DNA from: Candidatus Poribacteria bacterium
GTDB lineage: Bacteria > Poribacteria > WGA-4E > PCPOR2b
Assembly: GCA_965208675.1 (NCBI GenBank)
Contig: OZ242351.1
Span: 1,280,001 to 1,344,000 of the forward strand
Length of the DNA stretch: 64,000 nucleotides
Direction: 5' to 3'
Of the stretch, positions 19,621-30,190 are shown in pieces. Positions within the stretch are counted from its first letter, which is position 1. The number at the start of each line of letters is the position of its first letter. The position numbers were made by a program, and so were the translations under genes. Under the pieces are notes generated by a model that did not search any database, was not told the DNA's origin, and was given only the letters and a program-made list of their open reading frames with translations.

Positions 19621-22286
19621 GAAGAATTGCCGATAATGTCCTGATGCCCCAGCGCTTCTGCCAGTGTATGCTTAATTGCTGCAATCCGATCGGGCGATGT
19701 AGTTTTTGTTCCATCTTCCTCCGTAACGTAGAACGAATCGATTGCAGTAAATGCTCTAGTCGTAACCTTAGCCAAGCGAATGCCCAAACCTAGTTTATAA
19801 AATACATTTGAAATCGTGTAAAGTAAGCCGAGCCGATCCGGCACACGAATATCGACAATGATGGCATAATCCGAGCTCGTACTGTCAATCCGAATTTCTG
19901 AAGGGCTGCTGCGGCGCTGCAGATGCGCCGGAAAACTGGAATCACCCCGCTCTTTAAGCAGTGCTTCTACAGCTTTCTCTCCTCTCCAAACGGTTCTTAA
20001 AGTTTCCGCAAATTGATTACACTGATTTAAAGAAATCCCTCGCAGAGAGATGTCTCTCATAGCATCATCAGAACGCCCAACCGCTACATTGAGCATATCA
20101 ATAACAATCCCATCTTTTCGTGTGTTGACCACAGCGCTCAAGATGCTTATATCTTCGGCTGCGAGAACGCCAGTAATTCCCCGAAATATGCCTCGGGCAT
20201 CACGCGTGCAAATTCCGATTTGCGTGTAGGTTTCCATTTCTTCAAAACAGGAAACTGGAACCGGATTTGATTTCAATTGGTCAACCAACTGAATCTGTTT
20301 GCCTATTGAATCCAGATTCTGCGAAATTAACTCCTGCTCGGGCATCATCTTAAAGTGTTCCACAATGTCGGCCTCACTGACGGTTCCGCCGATAAACCGC
20401 ATGACCTGATCCTTCAAATCATCCAACTTTAACGAATCTTGTTTGCCTTCCAAATGTTTCAAAGTCCGCGTATATAACTTTGACAGCAGCGTCGAATTCC
20501 ATTCGTTCCAGATGGACGGATTCACTGCTCGCATGTCGGCAAACGTCAGGAGGTAAAGCATCTTCAAATGCTCTTCATCTCCCACCAATCCAGCAAATCG
20601 TTCAATCTCTGTCGGATCGTCCACATCGCGCTGTTGTGCTGTGTAGCTCATTTCTCGATGCCGAAAAATCAGAAACAACACCATCTCTTGGTCAACATCG
20701 TTGAGCCCCAACCGGTTCAGTGCACCCTTTGCCATCTCAACACTGCGGACATCGTGTCCTCCTATTGGACCATCAACCCCTTTTCCTACATCGTGCAATA
20801 AGAGCGCCAACCGTAACAATGCCGGTTTCTTCAACCCGTTCAAAATATCCAGCAAGGCATTTCCACCCTTTAAGTCCCTCAACACGCCTTCATCAAGATT
20901 TTCAATTGCATACATCGTGTGCTCATCCACAGTATATTGATGATACCGATCAAATCGAATCAGCGACCGAACCTTTCCAAACTCAGGCAGGTAAGAATCC
21001 AACACTTGCCAGCGGTGCATCCGGCGCAGCACCTCGGCAACAGCTGTCGGATAACTTAGAATTGAAAGGAAACACTTTGCGTTTTCCAATAGACGGCGAA
21101 ACTCCTCATCAATGAGATTTAGGTTGGCTGCAATCTGTTGACGAATAACGGCGCTAATTCGCCGATTGAATTGTTGACGATGTACAAACACCTTCATCAT
21201 TCGACTCGGGTCGTTCGAAAAATCCGATTGACCGGGCTGGAAACCTATCTCGTTACGCACGATGGCAAATCCGTCAGGTAGCCGTTTCGTCAGCATACGA
21301 TTCATTAGCCGAAATAGCTTGGATTCGTTATATTTCACCCGGTCTATAATCAACTTTGCAAATTCAAACAGGTGCTCAGCATGAAGATAGTAATCTCGCA
21401 TAAGATCTTCTTCAGCTAGTGTGTGATCTTTATCCTTGTAGCCCAAATTTTTTGCGACGGTTTCTTGGACCTCAAACGTCAGTTGATCGTTCCTTCTCTG
21501 ATTGACGTAATGGAGCTCATTGCGCAATCGCCAAAGAAAATCGAGCGAATTTTCACACGCATCTGATTCCGTCTGGAGAATCATGCCCCGGTTGGCGAGA
21601 CCCGGTAAATCTTTAATCCCATATCGAACAGCCGCAATCCAAATAGCTGTGTGAAAATCTCTAAGTCCGCCGACACTCTCCTTAATATTTGGTTCTTGTA
21701 GATAAATCGAGGCGCCGTAAGATTCATGGCGTTTGTTCCATTCCTGGATTTTCTGCGCGATAAACTTTCCAACCCGCCTCTTAAAAAAATGCTTTGATGT
21801 GTGAACCTGAAATTTACGGTAAATCGGCCTTGACCCTACGATATAGCGCGCATCCAGCATTGATGTCTTTGAAAAAATGTCCTCGTACGTTGCACGGATA
21901 CACTCTTTAATAGATCGGCAGCTATGTCCAACCTCAAATCCCGCATCCCATAGTACCGTAATCAACTGGGACGCAAACGGTTGTATTTCCTTAGCGTTCA
22001 TACGCGAGGCATCATATACCAACATTATGTCAATATCTGAATATGGATTCAATTCTTCTCGTCCATACCCTCCCAATGCAAGAATCGCAAGGTAAGGTTC
22101 TTCAGGTAAAATTTTACTTTGAGTTGCCGCATGATAGATGCGTTGGATTACGTTATCGGTGAGCCGCGTGTATTCCTCGACAATCTCTTTGCCGCCGATC
22201 CCAAAACGATGGCGTGAGTAGATACGTTCGCGCTCTTTAGCGCAAAAATCCTTCAAATCTTCAACATGAGCACGATCCTGTTGCAT
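19617..22286 (-). CDS. glnD: [Protein-PII] uridylyltransferase
   Basis: ALGGYGR..PYSDID NT domain, EPNIKE..GGLRD, YTVDEHT, LLHDVGKG HD domain, two ACT domains. Confidence 0.95.
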   Translation of the reverse strand: MQQDRAHVEDLKDFCAKERERIYSRHRFGIGGKEIVEEYTRLTDNVIQRIYHAATQSKILPEEPYLAILALGGYGREELNPYSDIDIMLVYDASRMNAKEIQPFASQLITVLWDAGFEVGHSCRSIKECIRATYEDIFSKTSMLDARYIVGSRPIYRKFQVHTSKHFFKRRVGKFIAQKIQEWNKRHESYGASIYLQEPNIKESVGGLRDFHTAIWIAAVRYGIKDLPGLANRGMILQTESDACENSLDFLWRLRNELHYVNQRRNDQLTFEVQETVAKNLGYKDKDHTLAEEDLMRDYYLHAEHLFEFAKLIIDRVKYNESKLFRLMNRMLTKRLPDGFAIVRNEIGFQPGQSDFSNDPSRMMKVFVHRQQFNRRISAVIRQQIAANLNLIDEEFRRLLENAKCFLSILSYPTAVAEVLRRMHRWQVLDSYLPEFGKVRSLIRFDRYHQYTVDEHTMYAIENLDEGVLRDLKGGNALLDILNGLKKPALLRLALLLHDVGKGVDGPIGGHDVRSVEMAKGALNRLGLNDVDQEMVLFLIFRHREMSYTAQQRDVDDPTEIERFAGLVGDEEHLKMLYLLTFADMRAVNPSIWNEWNSTLLSKLYTRTLKHLEGKQDSLKLDDLKDQVMRFIGGTVSEADIVEHFKMMPEQELISQNLDSIGKQIQLVDQLKSNPVPVSCFEEMETYTQIGICTRDARGIFRGITGVLAAEDISILSAVVNTRKDGIVIDMLNVAVGRSDDAMRDISLRGISLNQCNQFAETLRTVWRGEKAVEALLKERGDSSFPAHLQRRSSPSEIRIDSTSSDYAIIVDIRVPDRLGLLYTISNVFYKLGLGIRLAKVTTRAFTAIDSFYVTEEDGTKTTSPDRIAAIKHTLAEALGHQDIIGNSS

Positions 22287-22372
22287 TTACTTTCTCCAAT
22301 TGATATTATCCAAGTGTGTGGCAACAACGTCCGTGGGAGAGGCTCACTAACCGCAATGCCCCGACGCGCAAG

Positions 22373-23728
22373 CTACCAACCAAATAAAATAAGGATAAAC
22401 ATGAGGACTGGCAATAAAACAAATAGAATCTTTACTTCGACCAAATATCTCTGATAGCGTAATGAACCTGAATCTTTTTCCTCAAACCGGTCAATTAACT
22501 CAATGCGCCGATGGATCGAAGGATGTGTGTGGAAAATTTCGAAAACTCGTTGAATCGAATACGGAACAAAATTTAAGCGAGAGAGCCGGTTGAGCGCGGA
22601 TTTGAATGCCTCTGGGTTGCCGGTAAGCGCCACTGCATAAAGATCCGCTTGGTGTTCAAATCGTCTCGAAAGGTAACCAAATAAGAGGACAAAGTAAAGA
22701 AAAAGGAAGACGATTGCCTCGATTGATGTCAGGATGGCGGATTCAGGTAAGAGCGACAAAATCGGTCCGCCAACGTAGATAGAAAAGATTGCATATCCGA
22801 GAAAATATGTCATCGAAAAGATGAAATAGGTTGGGATATGATTGTAACGAACATGCCCAAACTCATGCGCAACAATGGTTTCAATCTCTTCATCGGAAAA
22901 ATAGGTCAATAACGCATCGGTCAAGAAAATTTGGCGCCACCATCGGACGATTCCAGCGACTGCCGCATTCGCAATGGACAATGACCCTGTTTGCCAAACA
23001 ACTATCTTTTTGTACCTGATTTTACCCTGTACCGCGAGACGGTCGATCTTTTCTTTTAAGCTCATGTCAGCTAGCGGGGACATTTTACCGATTCGGCTCA
23101 CCAATAGCGGCGCGTAGATGTACATAAGCAGAACAAGAAGCGCCATAAGGGCTAAAAATAGATAGGTATGTTCGACAAAGAATCGCTCCGTTTCCGGGAA
23201 GCCGTCAATCAAATCAAGCAGTATAAAATAGATCAATAAAGGCAGCAGCGGAAATATCAAGAATTTAAAGTGGACGTTTAGAAACTCAAACCTTTTCGCT
23301 GTACTGCGGCGCGCGCTACGGTCAATCTCATAAAGTGCTAGACGAATAAGCATCAACCCGGTGATAAGGGGAAGAATCGAGAAGGCATGGCGAATGAGGG
23401 GCAAATTGACGAAGTGTAAGGTTTGATGGACGAGAACCGGAAAATTCAAGATGTAAATGTTACAGACAAAACCGGCGAGGCCCAAAAGGTCGAATCCAAT
23501 CGCCGCCTGACCAATGCGAAAACGTCGGTGCAAAAAATCAGCTGAATTGCTAGCAAAAGTTTTAGTGGTATACCTTCCAAGTAAATATAAAATAACAGAT
23601 GGCGTAACGGTCGCCGCTGCGGTAAACAGGAGAATAAGGCTGCGATAAATCTCACTGTCATTTTTTGTAGGTTCGAAGGAGAATAGAAAGATAAATCCAG
23701 CGATTAGAATAAGGCTAATCTGCCTCAC
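22373..23728 (-). CDS. M48-family membrane metalloprotease
   Basis: Multiple TMs, AHEFGH, EHQAD, THPSIHRRI. Confidence 0.85.
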   Translation of the reverse strand: MRQISLILIAGFIFLFSFEPTKNDSEIYRSLILLFTAAATVTPSVILYLLGRYTTKTFASNSADFLHRRFRIGQAAIGFDLLGLAGFVCNIYILNFPVLVHQTLHFVNLPLIRHAFSILPLITGLMLIRLALYEIDRSARRSTAKRFEFLNVHFKFLIFPLLPLLIYFILLDLIDGFPETERFFVEHTYLFLALMALLVLLMYIYAPLLVSRIGKMSPLADMSLKEKIDRLAVQGKIRYKKIVVWQTGSLSIANAAVAGIVRWWRQIFLTDALLTYFSDEEIETIVAHEFGHVRYNHIPTYFIFSMTYFLGYAIFSIYVGGPILSLLPESAILTSIEAIVFLFLYFVLLFGYLSRRFEHQADLYAVALTGNPEAFKSALNRLSRLNFVPYSIQRVFEIFHTHPSIHRRIELIDRFEEKDSGSLRYQRYLVEVKILFVLLPVLMFILILFGW

Positions 23729-23836
23729 TTTGTATCCCTTCCAACTTGCGCATTCTCTTCTTGTCTGTGTAAATACATTTCGGCGTAACCGGCGAAATTT
23801 TTGGGCGGAGAGATTTGAATCGCCGAACGGCTGGAA

Positions 23837-24148
23837 TTAAATACTCATCTGTATCTCTTTGGATTTTGCCATCGCTTCCTCCGCTTCGGGAATCATGCCC
23901 TTGCGTTGATAACAGACGGATAAACTCGTGTAATTCAAAGGATCATTCGGATTAACTTCGATCGATTTCTTAATCGCTTCAATCGCATCGTCGTACCTAC
24001 CCATTCGCTCATAAGTGTGTCCGAGGCCAACGTACCCATCCGCATAATCCGGGTACTGATTGATGAGTTCATTGAACGCGTCAATAGCCGCGTCGAGTTC
24101 GTTATTACCAAAATGGGATAGCGCTCGGTCGTAAAGTTCCTCTTTCAA
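23837..24148 (-). CDS. Small TPR protein
   Basis: TPR pattern (YVGLGHTYERMGRYDDAIEAIKKSIEVNP); GAGGAG RBS, TTG start. Confidence 0.85.
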   Translation of the reverse strand: MKEELYDRALSHFGNNELDAAIDAFNELINQYPDYADGYVGLGHTYERMGRYDDAIEAIKKSIEVNPNDPLNYTSLSVCYQRKGMIPEAEEAMAKSKEIQMSI

Positions 24149-24343
24149 CAGAAATCTCCTCTCTTTTCCTATTTATAATGGTCATCTAGGTAGCATGTGA
24201 ACACTCGAAACGCTTTACGCTTGCGAACCTGCCAAGCGCAATGTTATCAGAGGCGAAGGGCTTCTAGATTCTACTTCAGCAGCGCAGGATTTCATTCGGG
24301 AGAAGTGTGTCGTATCGTTCGGTAGACCACGTAAATCCATCTT

Positions 24344-24374
24344 GAAATCGAGTTTTTCACAAAAACTCGATTTC
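24344..24374. repeat. Perfect 14-bp palindrome
   Basis: GAAATCGAGTTTTT-cac-AAAAACTCGATTTC. Confidence 0.7.
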
Positions 24375-24425
24375 TTTAACGGTGCAGCATGGAAAATCAA
24401 TATTTGAGTTGATTTTATCACGGCT

Positions 24426-24506
24426 ATTCTAACAGAAGCCTAGCGTAAAAGTCAACGCCAAAACCTGCCGATTTCGTTTGACTGTCTACCGTGTGATTGG
24501 TATAAT
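24426..24506. promoter_or_regulatory. Back-to-back sigma70 promoters
   Basis: Plus: TTGACT(24478)-17-TATAAT(24501) with TG; minus: TTGACT(24455)-18-TAGAAT(24431) with TG. Confidence 0.7.
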
Positions 24507-24520
24507 TATGTCGATCCAAA

Positions 24521-25075
24521 ATGGGCGCATTCTATATGATCTCGATTGTACGATATTCGATAACATCCGGTGTTGTCTTTCTAATTGTCATGACCTACTG
24601 TGGTTGCGGAACGTCCAATCCAGTTGCAATCATTGAGACCGACAAAGGGAATATTGCTGTCGAACTTCTCAATGACGCAGCACCCCAAACGGTCGAAAAC
24701 TTTATAATCCTCATTCAGCAGGGGTTCTATGATGGACTCACATTTCATCGGCATGAACCCGGGTTTGTGATACAAGGAGGCGATCCGAAGGGTGATGGGA
24801 CGGGCGGCCCGCCGTGGAAAATCCCCGGAGAGTTTCAAATCCCTGAACTTCGTGAGAAAATGCCCAGGCACGACAAGGGTGTCGTCGCAATGGCGAGAAC
24901 CGCCAATCCCGATTCCGCCGGAAGCCAGTTCTACATCTGCCTGAATCCAGATCCCAATCGCTATCGTCACCTTGAAGGCAAATACACAACTTTTGGACGT
25001 GTAATTGAAGGTTTGGAGGTAGTTGTTCTGCTGCGGAAGGGAGATAAGATGAATCGCATAAAACTGAAGCGTTAG
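24521..25075 (+). CDS. Cyclophilin-type peptidyl-prolyl isomerase
   Basis: APQTVENF, FYDGLTFHR, FVIQGGDP, AMAR..PDSAGSQFYI. Confidence 0.95.
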   Translation: MGAFYMISIVRYSITSGVVFLIVMTYCGCGTSNPVAIIETDKGNIAVELLNDAAPQTVENFIILIQQGFYDGLTFHRHEPGFVIQGGDPKGDGTGGPPWKIPGEFQIPELREKMPRHDKGVVAMARTANPDSAGSQFYICLNPDPNRYRHLEGKYTTFGRVIEGLEVVVLLRKGDKMNRIKLKR

Positions 25076-25208
25076 CACGCCAATTTAACCTACGGCATGA
25101 GATGTCGTTCGAAATTAAATGTTGTGCGCCCTAATCGCGGGCCGCAAAAATTTAGGGTTAGCTATTCCTAACGTTCAATACCTGCTTTAGAAAGGACTCT
25201 AATTTCGC

Positions 25209-26270
25209 ATGGAAGATTGGAAACAACTGGTGCGGAATGCCGTCAATACGCCCGAAAAACTTGCCGCTATCTTTGATGTTGACCTTGAAGAAATGCGACG
25301 GGTTCACGAAGTGTTCCCAATTCGCATCAATCCCTACTATCTGAGTCTGATTGAGAAACCCGGTGACCCAATCTGGAAGCAGGTTGTGCCCGATTCGAAG
25401 GAACTCATCAGAACGGGCGTTGAAGAGGATGACCCTCTCCATGAAGAGGACGATAGTGAAGTCCCCAACGTTACCCATCGATATCCGGACCGCGCCCTGT
25501 TTTATGTCAACTACATGTGTCCAATCTACTGCCGCTTTTGTACACGGAAACGCAAGGTTGGTGACCCAGGATCCATTCCTGATGGAAGTATTGAGATGGG
25601 CTTGCAGTATCTCCGCGAACATACCGAGGTGCGCGATGTGATTATATCCGGCGGCGATCCGCTCATGTTGACTGATCGCAAAATCGAATACGTCGTGGGT
25701 GGACTTCGAGCTATCGAACACATTGAGATAATTCGTATCGGCACCCGAGTGCCGGTGACATTACCGCAGCGCATCACGCCCAAACTATGCGAGATCCTCA
25801 AAAAACACCATCCCTTCTACATCAACACACACTTTAACCACCCTCGTGAAATCACGCCAGAAACCACGGAAGCGTGCGCAAGGTTAGCCGATGCCGGAAT
25901 ACCGCTCGGCAATCAGTGCGTGCTGCTGCGGGGCGTCAACGACGATCCGGCAGTCATGGTCGAGCTGATGAAGAAACTCCTCAAAATCCGTGTGAAGCCT
26001 TACTATATCTATCAGGCGGATCTCGTGTATGGCACCGATCACTTCCGTACATCTGTTAAAAAGGGGCTTGAGATTGTCGCCGCCTTACGCGGTCATATCT
26101 CTGGGTTAGGTGTGCCGCATTATGTCATTGATGCACCCGGCGGCGGCGGAAAAATTGCGCTTGTTCCCAATTCAATTGTGTCGTTCGACGATGAAGAAAT
26201 CAAACTCAGGAACTACGAAGGCAACGTATATGGTTACCCAAGTATGCCGTTCTACGACGAGGACTGGTAA
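25209..26270 (+). CDS. kamA: KamA-family radical SAM aminomutase (lysine 2,3-aminomutase-like)
   Basis: THRYPDR, CPIYCRFCTRKR, SGGDPL, HFNHPRE, DAPGGGGK (PLP lysine). Confidence 0.85.
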   Translation: MEDWKQLVRNAVNTPEKLAAIFDVDLEEMRRVHEVFPIRINPYYLSLIEKPGDPIWKQVVPDSKELIRTGVEEDDPLHEEDDSEVPNVTHRYPDRALFYVNYMCPIYCRFCTRKRKVGDPGSIPDGSIEMGLQYLREHTEVRDVIISGGDPLMLTDRKIEYVVGGLRAIEHIEIIRIGTRVPVTLPQRITPKLCEILKKHHPFYINTHFNHPREITPETTEACARLADAGIPLGNQCVLLRGVNDDPAVMVELMKKLLKIRVKPYYIYQADLVYGTDHFRTSVKKGLEIVAALRGHISGLGVPHYVIDAPGGGGKIALVPNSIVSFDDEEIKLRNYEGNVYGYPSMPFYDEDW

Positions 26271-26430
26271 AGCCTTATCCACAACTAACGCACATAAGCA
26301 ATGAAGGGCATGGGAGAGATTCACCACGAAAAGAAATCATACAGTTACTGTCCGAACACCAGCATGGCGGCAATGCTCGTACTCATATCGGTTTTGTGTG
26401 GATACGTGATGACTTTAGGAGTAGACTGTC

Positions 26431-28050
26431 GTGACTAAACTGCACATTCGACCGATGGTCATCATTATTCGCGACGGCTGGGGATGCAATCCCTATCCGG
26501 AATGGAACAAAGCAAACGCCGTTTATCTCGCCAAAACACCGGTCGAGAATCAGCTAATGAGGGAATATCCGCACACGTTGATACACACCTCAGGCGAACA
26601 TGTCGGCGTGCCGCCCGGCGTAATCGGAAATAGCGAGGTGGGTCACCTGAACATCGCCGCCGGGCGGGTCGTCAGTCAGGAAATTTTGCGAATCAACGAG
26701 ATGGTCCGCTCCGGCGAGTTCTCAAAAAACAAAACCTTGATCGCGGCAATGAACCGCGTCAAAAAACACGGTAGTTGCCTGCACCTCATAGGGCTGGCAA
26801 GCAACGCTAGTGTGCATAGCACAATCGAGCACCTTTTCGGGCTCCTCGCGTTAGCAAAAGAAACAGGCATTTCAGCTAATCGCGTGTTTGTTCACAACTT
26901 TGCCGATGGGCGAGACTGCCCCCCGACTAGCGGCATTGACTTCTGCAGACAGATCGAGGCAAAACTGAAGGAAATTGGCGTTGGACGAATTGCTTCGGTT
27001 GTTGGTAGATACTACGCCATGGATCGCGACGACCGCTGGGAACGTGTGGAACAGGCTTACCGCCTTCTGACTGAGAGCCGCGGACGTCGAGTCAGCACTG
27101 CGGTCGAAGCCTATCAACACTACTACGACCATCCAACTGAGACAAATCTAAGTGGGGATGAATTCATCGAACCGACAGTGGTTACAGACAATCACGGTCA
27201 GCCCCTGCCTAGTGTCTGTGATGGAGATGCCGTTATCTTTTACAACTTCCGCGGCGACAGGCCGCGTGAAATCTGTAAAGCGTTCTGCCTCTCGGAGTTC
27301 CCGTTTGAAGGCGTCGGAAAAGATGGCGTGGTTCGGAAAATGGGATTTGAACGTAAGAAGAAGCCGGAAATCGAGTTCGTTACAATGACCCAATACGAAG
27401 AAGGGCTCCCGGTTTCGGTGGCGCTGCCAAAACCGCCCAAGATGAAAAACATTCTGGGCGCGTACACGAGTAAACTTGGATTGGCGCAGTTTCGTTGCGC
27501 CGAAACAGAGAAATTCCCTCACGTCACATTGATGTTTAACGACTACCGTGACGAACCATTCGATCGGGAAGATCGGAAACTCATTCCATCGCCGCGGAAT
27601 GTCTCGACCTACGATCAAAAACCCGAAATGTCAGCGCCTGAAGTGACTGAAGAGGTGCTTCGCCGCATTGCGTCGGATAAATACGACTTAATCATTCTCA
27701 ACTATGCAAATGGCGATATGGTCGGTCATACAGGATCGCTGCCTGCCGCAATAAAAGCGGTGGAAACAGTAGACACATGCGTCGGCGAGGTGATTCGCGC
27801 GGTAATGGCGAAACGCGGTGCCTTAATCGTGACTGCCGATCACGGCAACTGCGAACAGATGGTCGATCCCGTCACCGGTGCACCCCATACCGCGCATACA
27901 ATGTACGATGTCGCCCTCAGCGTTGTCGATAATCGCTTTAAGGGACGCCCATTGAGGACTGGCGGTCGGCTTGCGGATATTGCTCCCACCGCTTTAAGAT
28001 TGCTCGGTTTGGATAAACCCGCTGAGATGACCGGGCAATCGCTTATCTGA
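26431..28050 (+). CDS. gpmI: 2,3-bisphosphoglycerate-independent phosphoglycerate mutase
   Basis: DGWG, GNSEVGH, GRYYAMDRD, AETEK, DMVGHTG, TADHGN. Confidence 0.96.
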   Translation: MTKLHIRPMVIIIRDGWGCNPYPEWNKANAVYLAKTPVENQLMREYPHTLIHTSGEHVGVPPGVIGNSEVGHLNIAAGRVVSQEILRINEMVRSGEFSKNKTLIAAMNRVKKHGSCLHLIGLASNASVHSTIEHLFGLLALAKETGISANRVFVHNFADGRDCPPTSGIDFCRQIEAKLKEIGVGRIASVVGRYYAMDRDDRWERVEQAYRLLTESRGRRVSTAVEAYQHYYDHPTETNLSGDEFIEPTVVTDNHGQPLPSVCDGDAVIFYNFRGDRPREICKAFCLSEFPFEGVGKDGVVRKMGFERKKKPEIEFVTMTQYEEGLPVSVALPKPPKMKNILGAYTSKLGLAQFRCAETEKFPHVTLMFNDYRDEPFDREDRKLIPSPRNVSTYDQKPEMSAPEVTEEVLRRIASDKYDLIILNYANGDMVGHTGSLPAAIKAVETVDTCVGEVIRAVMAKRGALIVTADHGNCEQMVDPVTGAPHTAHTMYDVALSVVDNRFKGRPLRTGGRLADIAPTALRLLGLDKPAEMTGQSLI

Positions 28051-28107
28051 TGTTTCTTGCCGCCGTATATCACCCACCATTAATCCTTATGCCAATCAGT
28101 TCGCAGA

Positions 28108-29187
28108 GTGCGCAAAAACATGATGCACATCCCGCTTATCACAACCACCGGACGCACAGATTCAAACCCTGGAGACACCTTCATCGGCGTAGGGCTTCAA
28201 TATCTCTTCGAACAGGTGTTGGGTCCCCAAGTTTGGTTGCTGATTGACCGCTTTAACCCAACCGGCTTCCGGAAACACGAAGATTTGGTCCGCAAGTCAC
28301 CGTTTCTCGTCTATGGTGGAATGCCGCAATACAATAATTACGACGACTGGAAACACTGGTACGACGATGCCATGTGGCGCGATTTTATCGTTCGCTGGAG
28401 GCTGAAAATCTTTACTATGGCGGGAGGTGCCGGTTTTTCACACCCAAACATAAGCATCAGCGAATATGTCGCACACTGTATCCGGAGCAAAAAAACACAG
28501 CGAATTATTCGGCAGCGTGTCGGTCCAAGTCTATGCTTCACCGTGCGAGATGCGTATGCCCACGCCTTACTGAACGCCTTTAACATTCCCAATACTTACC
28601 TGCCGTGTCCGTCGATTTGGGCAGCCAAGATGTGGCAGATAGAACCGATGAAAGTCCGGCCGTACCTGCTGTTGGTGCCGCCAGCGCTTCGCCATGCCCC
28701 AAAGCGGGCTGATGGAAAACGCATCCATCGCCGTAAAAAGCGGCAACTGTTCGCATCGCAGTGGCGCAGCTTTTATACAGCGCTCAAAGAGAACGGTCAC
28801 AACGTAAAGGCAATCTGTCACGGCTATAACGAATATACCGCCCTACGTGATGCCATTCCCCCCGACGATCTCTGGTACCACGGTGATTGCTACACGCTGT
28901 TGCGGCAATACTCCTTCGCCCATACCGTTGTTTCTGCGCGGCTTCACGGCGGTCTCCCCGCTTTTGGTATTGACGGAACACGGGTATTGAATTTATCTGT
29001 AGATGTTCGCGGTACGGCTGTTCAGGTGCTTCCCAAAATTCAAAACCTCCAGGTCGGCAATGCCAGCCCCGATGCCGTTCTAACCGCAATCGCCAAACTT
29101 GAACCCTCGGAATCGGCGGATCTCCACTCTTGGGAAAAGAAGTATCAGGAAGTTATTCGGACCGCACTGCCGAACAAATTCGAGTAG
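28108..29187 (+). CDS. Polysaccharide pyruvyl transferase family protein
   Basis: NPGD, YGG, TVRD, PCPS, VSARLHG motif series. Confidence 0.7.
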   Translation: MRKNMMHIPLITTTGRTDSNPGDTFIGVGLQYLFEQVLGPQVWLLIDRFNPTGFRKHEDLVRKSPFLVYGGMPQYNNYDDWKHWYDDAMWRDFIVRWRLKIFTMAGGAGFSHPNISISEYVAHCIRSKKTQRIIRQRVGPSLCFTVRDAYAHALLNAFNIPNTYLPCPSIWAAKMWQIEPMKVRPYLLLVPPALRHAPKRADGKRIHRRKKRQLFASQWRSFYTALKENGHNVKAICHGYNEYTALRDAIPPDDLWYHGDCYTLLRQYSFAHTVVSARLHGGLPAFGIDGTRVLNLSVDVRGTAVQVLPKIQNLQVGNASPDAVLTAIAKLEPSESADLHSWEKKYQEVIRTALPNKFE

Positions 29188-29265
29188 CTAACATCTTCGA
29201 CCCGCCTCCCAATTATCCATGTTCCCTCGTGCGCTCTTTTTTTGATTACTTGACCAAATACCCAC

Positions 29266-29295
29266 TTGATAACATGCGTATACTTATGATATAAT
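29266..29295 (+). promoter_or_regulatory. Putative sigma70 promoter of the methyltransferase gene
   Basis: TTGATA-18-TATAAT with extended TG. Confidence 0.5.
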
Positions 29296-29413
29296 TCCCA
29301 GTTATACTGGTATTATGCGCACAATAATAGGATTTTTCTAGAACGCTCGCCCTAAATTGGCATTTTCGAAAACGGATGAAGACAGTAATACCCATTCCTA
29401 AAGGAAAGATAAT

Positions 29414-30151
29414 ATGTTAAAAGACGCCCAAGACGCCTACGGGCACCTGATTTTGGATTATTATAACGGTCAGGAGACTATCGAAATTGTGGAGCGGGAT
29501 GACGGTTTCATCGGCGCCAGCCGGTTGGGCCCCTTGACCTATCTCGCTGAATTTGATGACTGGGCGGAACACCAACAAGTCGCAATGGCACATGTCACCG
29601 GACGCGTTTTAGATATCGGCTGCGGCGCGGGGCGGCACGCTATCTATCTTCAGGAGCGTGGATTTGATGTATTAGGCGTTGACAATTCACCTTTAGCCAT
29701 TCAAGTTTGCCGGCAACGCGGGCTAAAAAACGCTGTTGTGGCGCCAATTACCCGACTAAATTCCCAAATGGGCACCTTCGACACGCTCCTCATGATGGGA
29801 CACAATTTCGGCTTGGTCGGCAGTATTACACGGGCAAGATGGTTGTTGAAAAGGTTCCATAAAATGACTAGTTCAGCAGCAAAGATTATTGCTGACACAC
29901 AGAACGCATATCAATCAACAGTACCGTGCCATTTAGCCTACCACCAATTCAACCGGGACAGGGGGCGGATGGGAGGTCAACTCAGAATACGCGTAAGATA
30001 CAGGCAATACGCTACGCCGTGGTTCGATATCCTCTACGTTTCAAAACCAGAAATGGAGCAAATTCTACACGGAACCGGCTGGACGGTTGAACGCTACATT
30101 GATGCAACCGACTCAACCCCAACCTACATCGCTATCTTGGTAAAGTCCTAA
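29414..30151 (+). CDS. Class I SAM-dependent methyltransferase
   Basis: VLDIGCGAGRH, GVDNS, FDTLLMMG. Confidence 0.9.
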   Translation: MLKDAQDAYGHLILDYYNGQETIEIVERDDGFIGASRLGPLTYLAEFDDWAEHQQVAMAHVTGRVLDIGCGAGRHAIYLQERGFDVLGVDNSPLAIQVCRQRGLKNAVVAPITRLNSQMGTFDTLLMMGHNFGLVGSITRARWLLKRFHKMTSSAAKIIADTQNAYQSTVPCHLAYHQFNRDRGRMGGQLRIRVRYRQYATPWFDILYVSKPEMEQILHGTGWTVERYIDATDSTPTYIAILVKS

Positions 30152-30190
30152 ATGCGAGGACTCTCCAACCACATAGGAATTCCCAAATCC

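Noticed and set aside
24215-24421. 68-aa minus-strand ORF
   Set aside because: Runs through the palindrome, starts at the predicted TSS and has no recognisable features.
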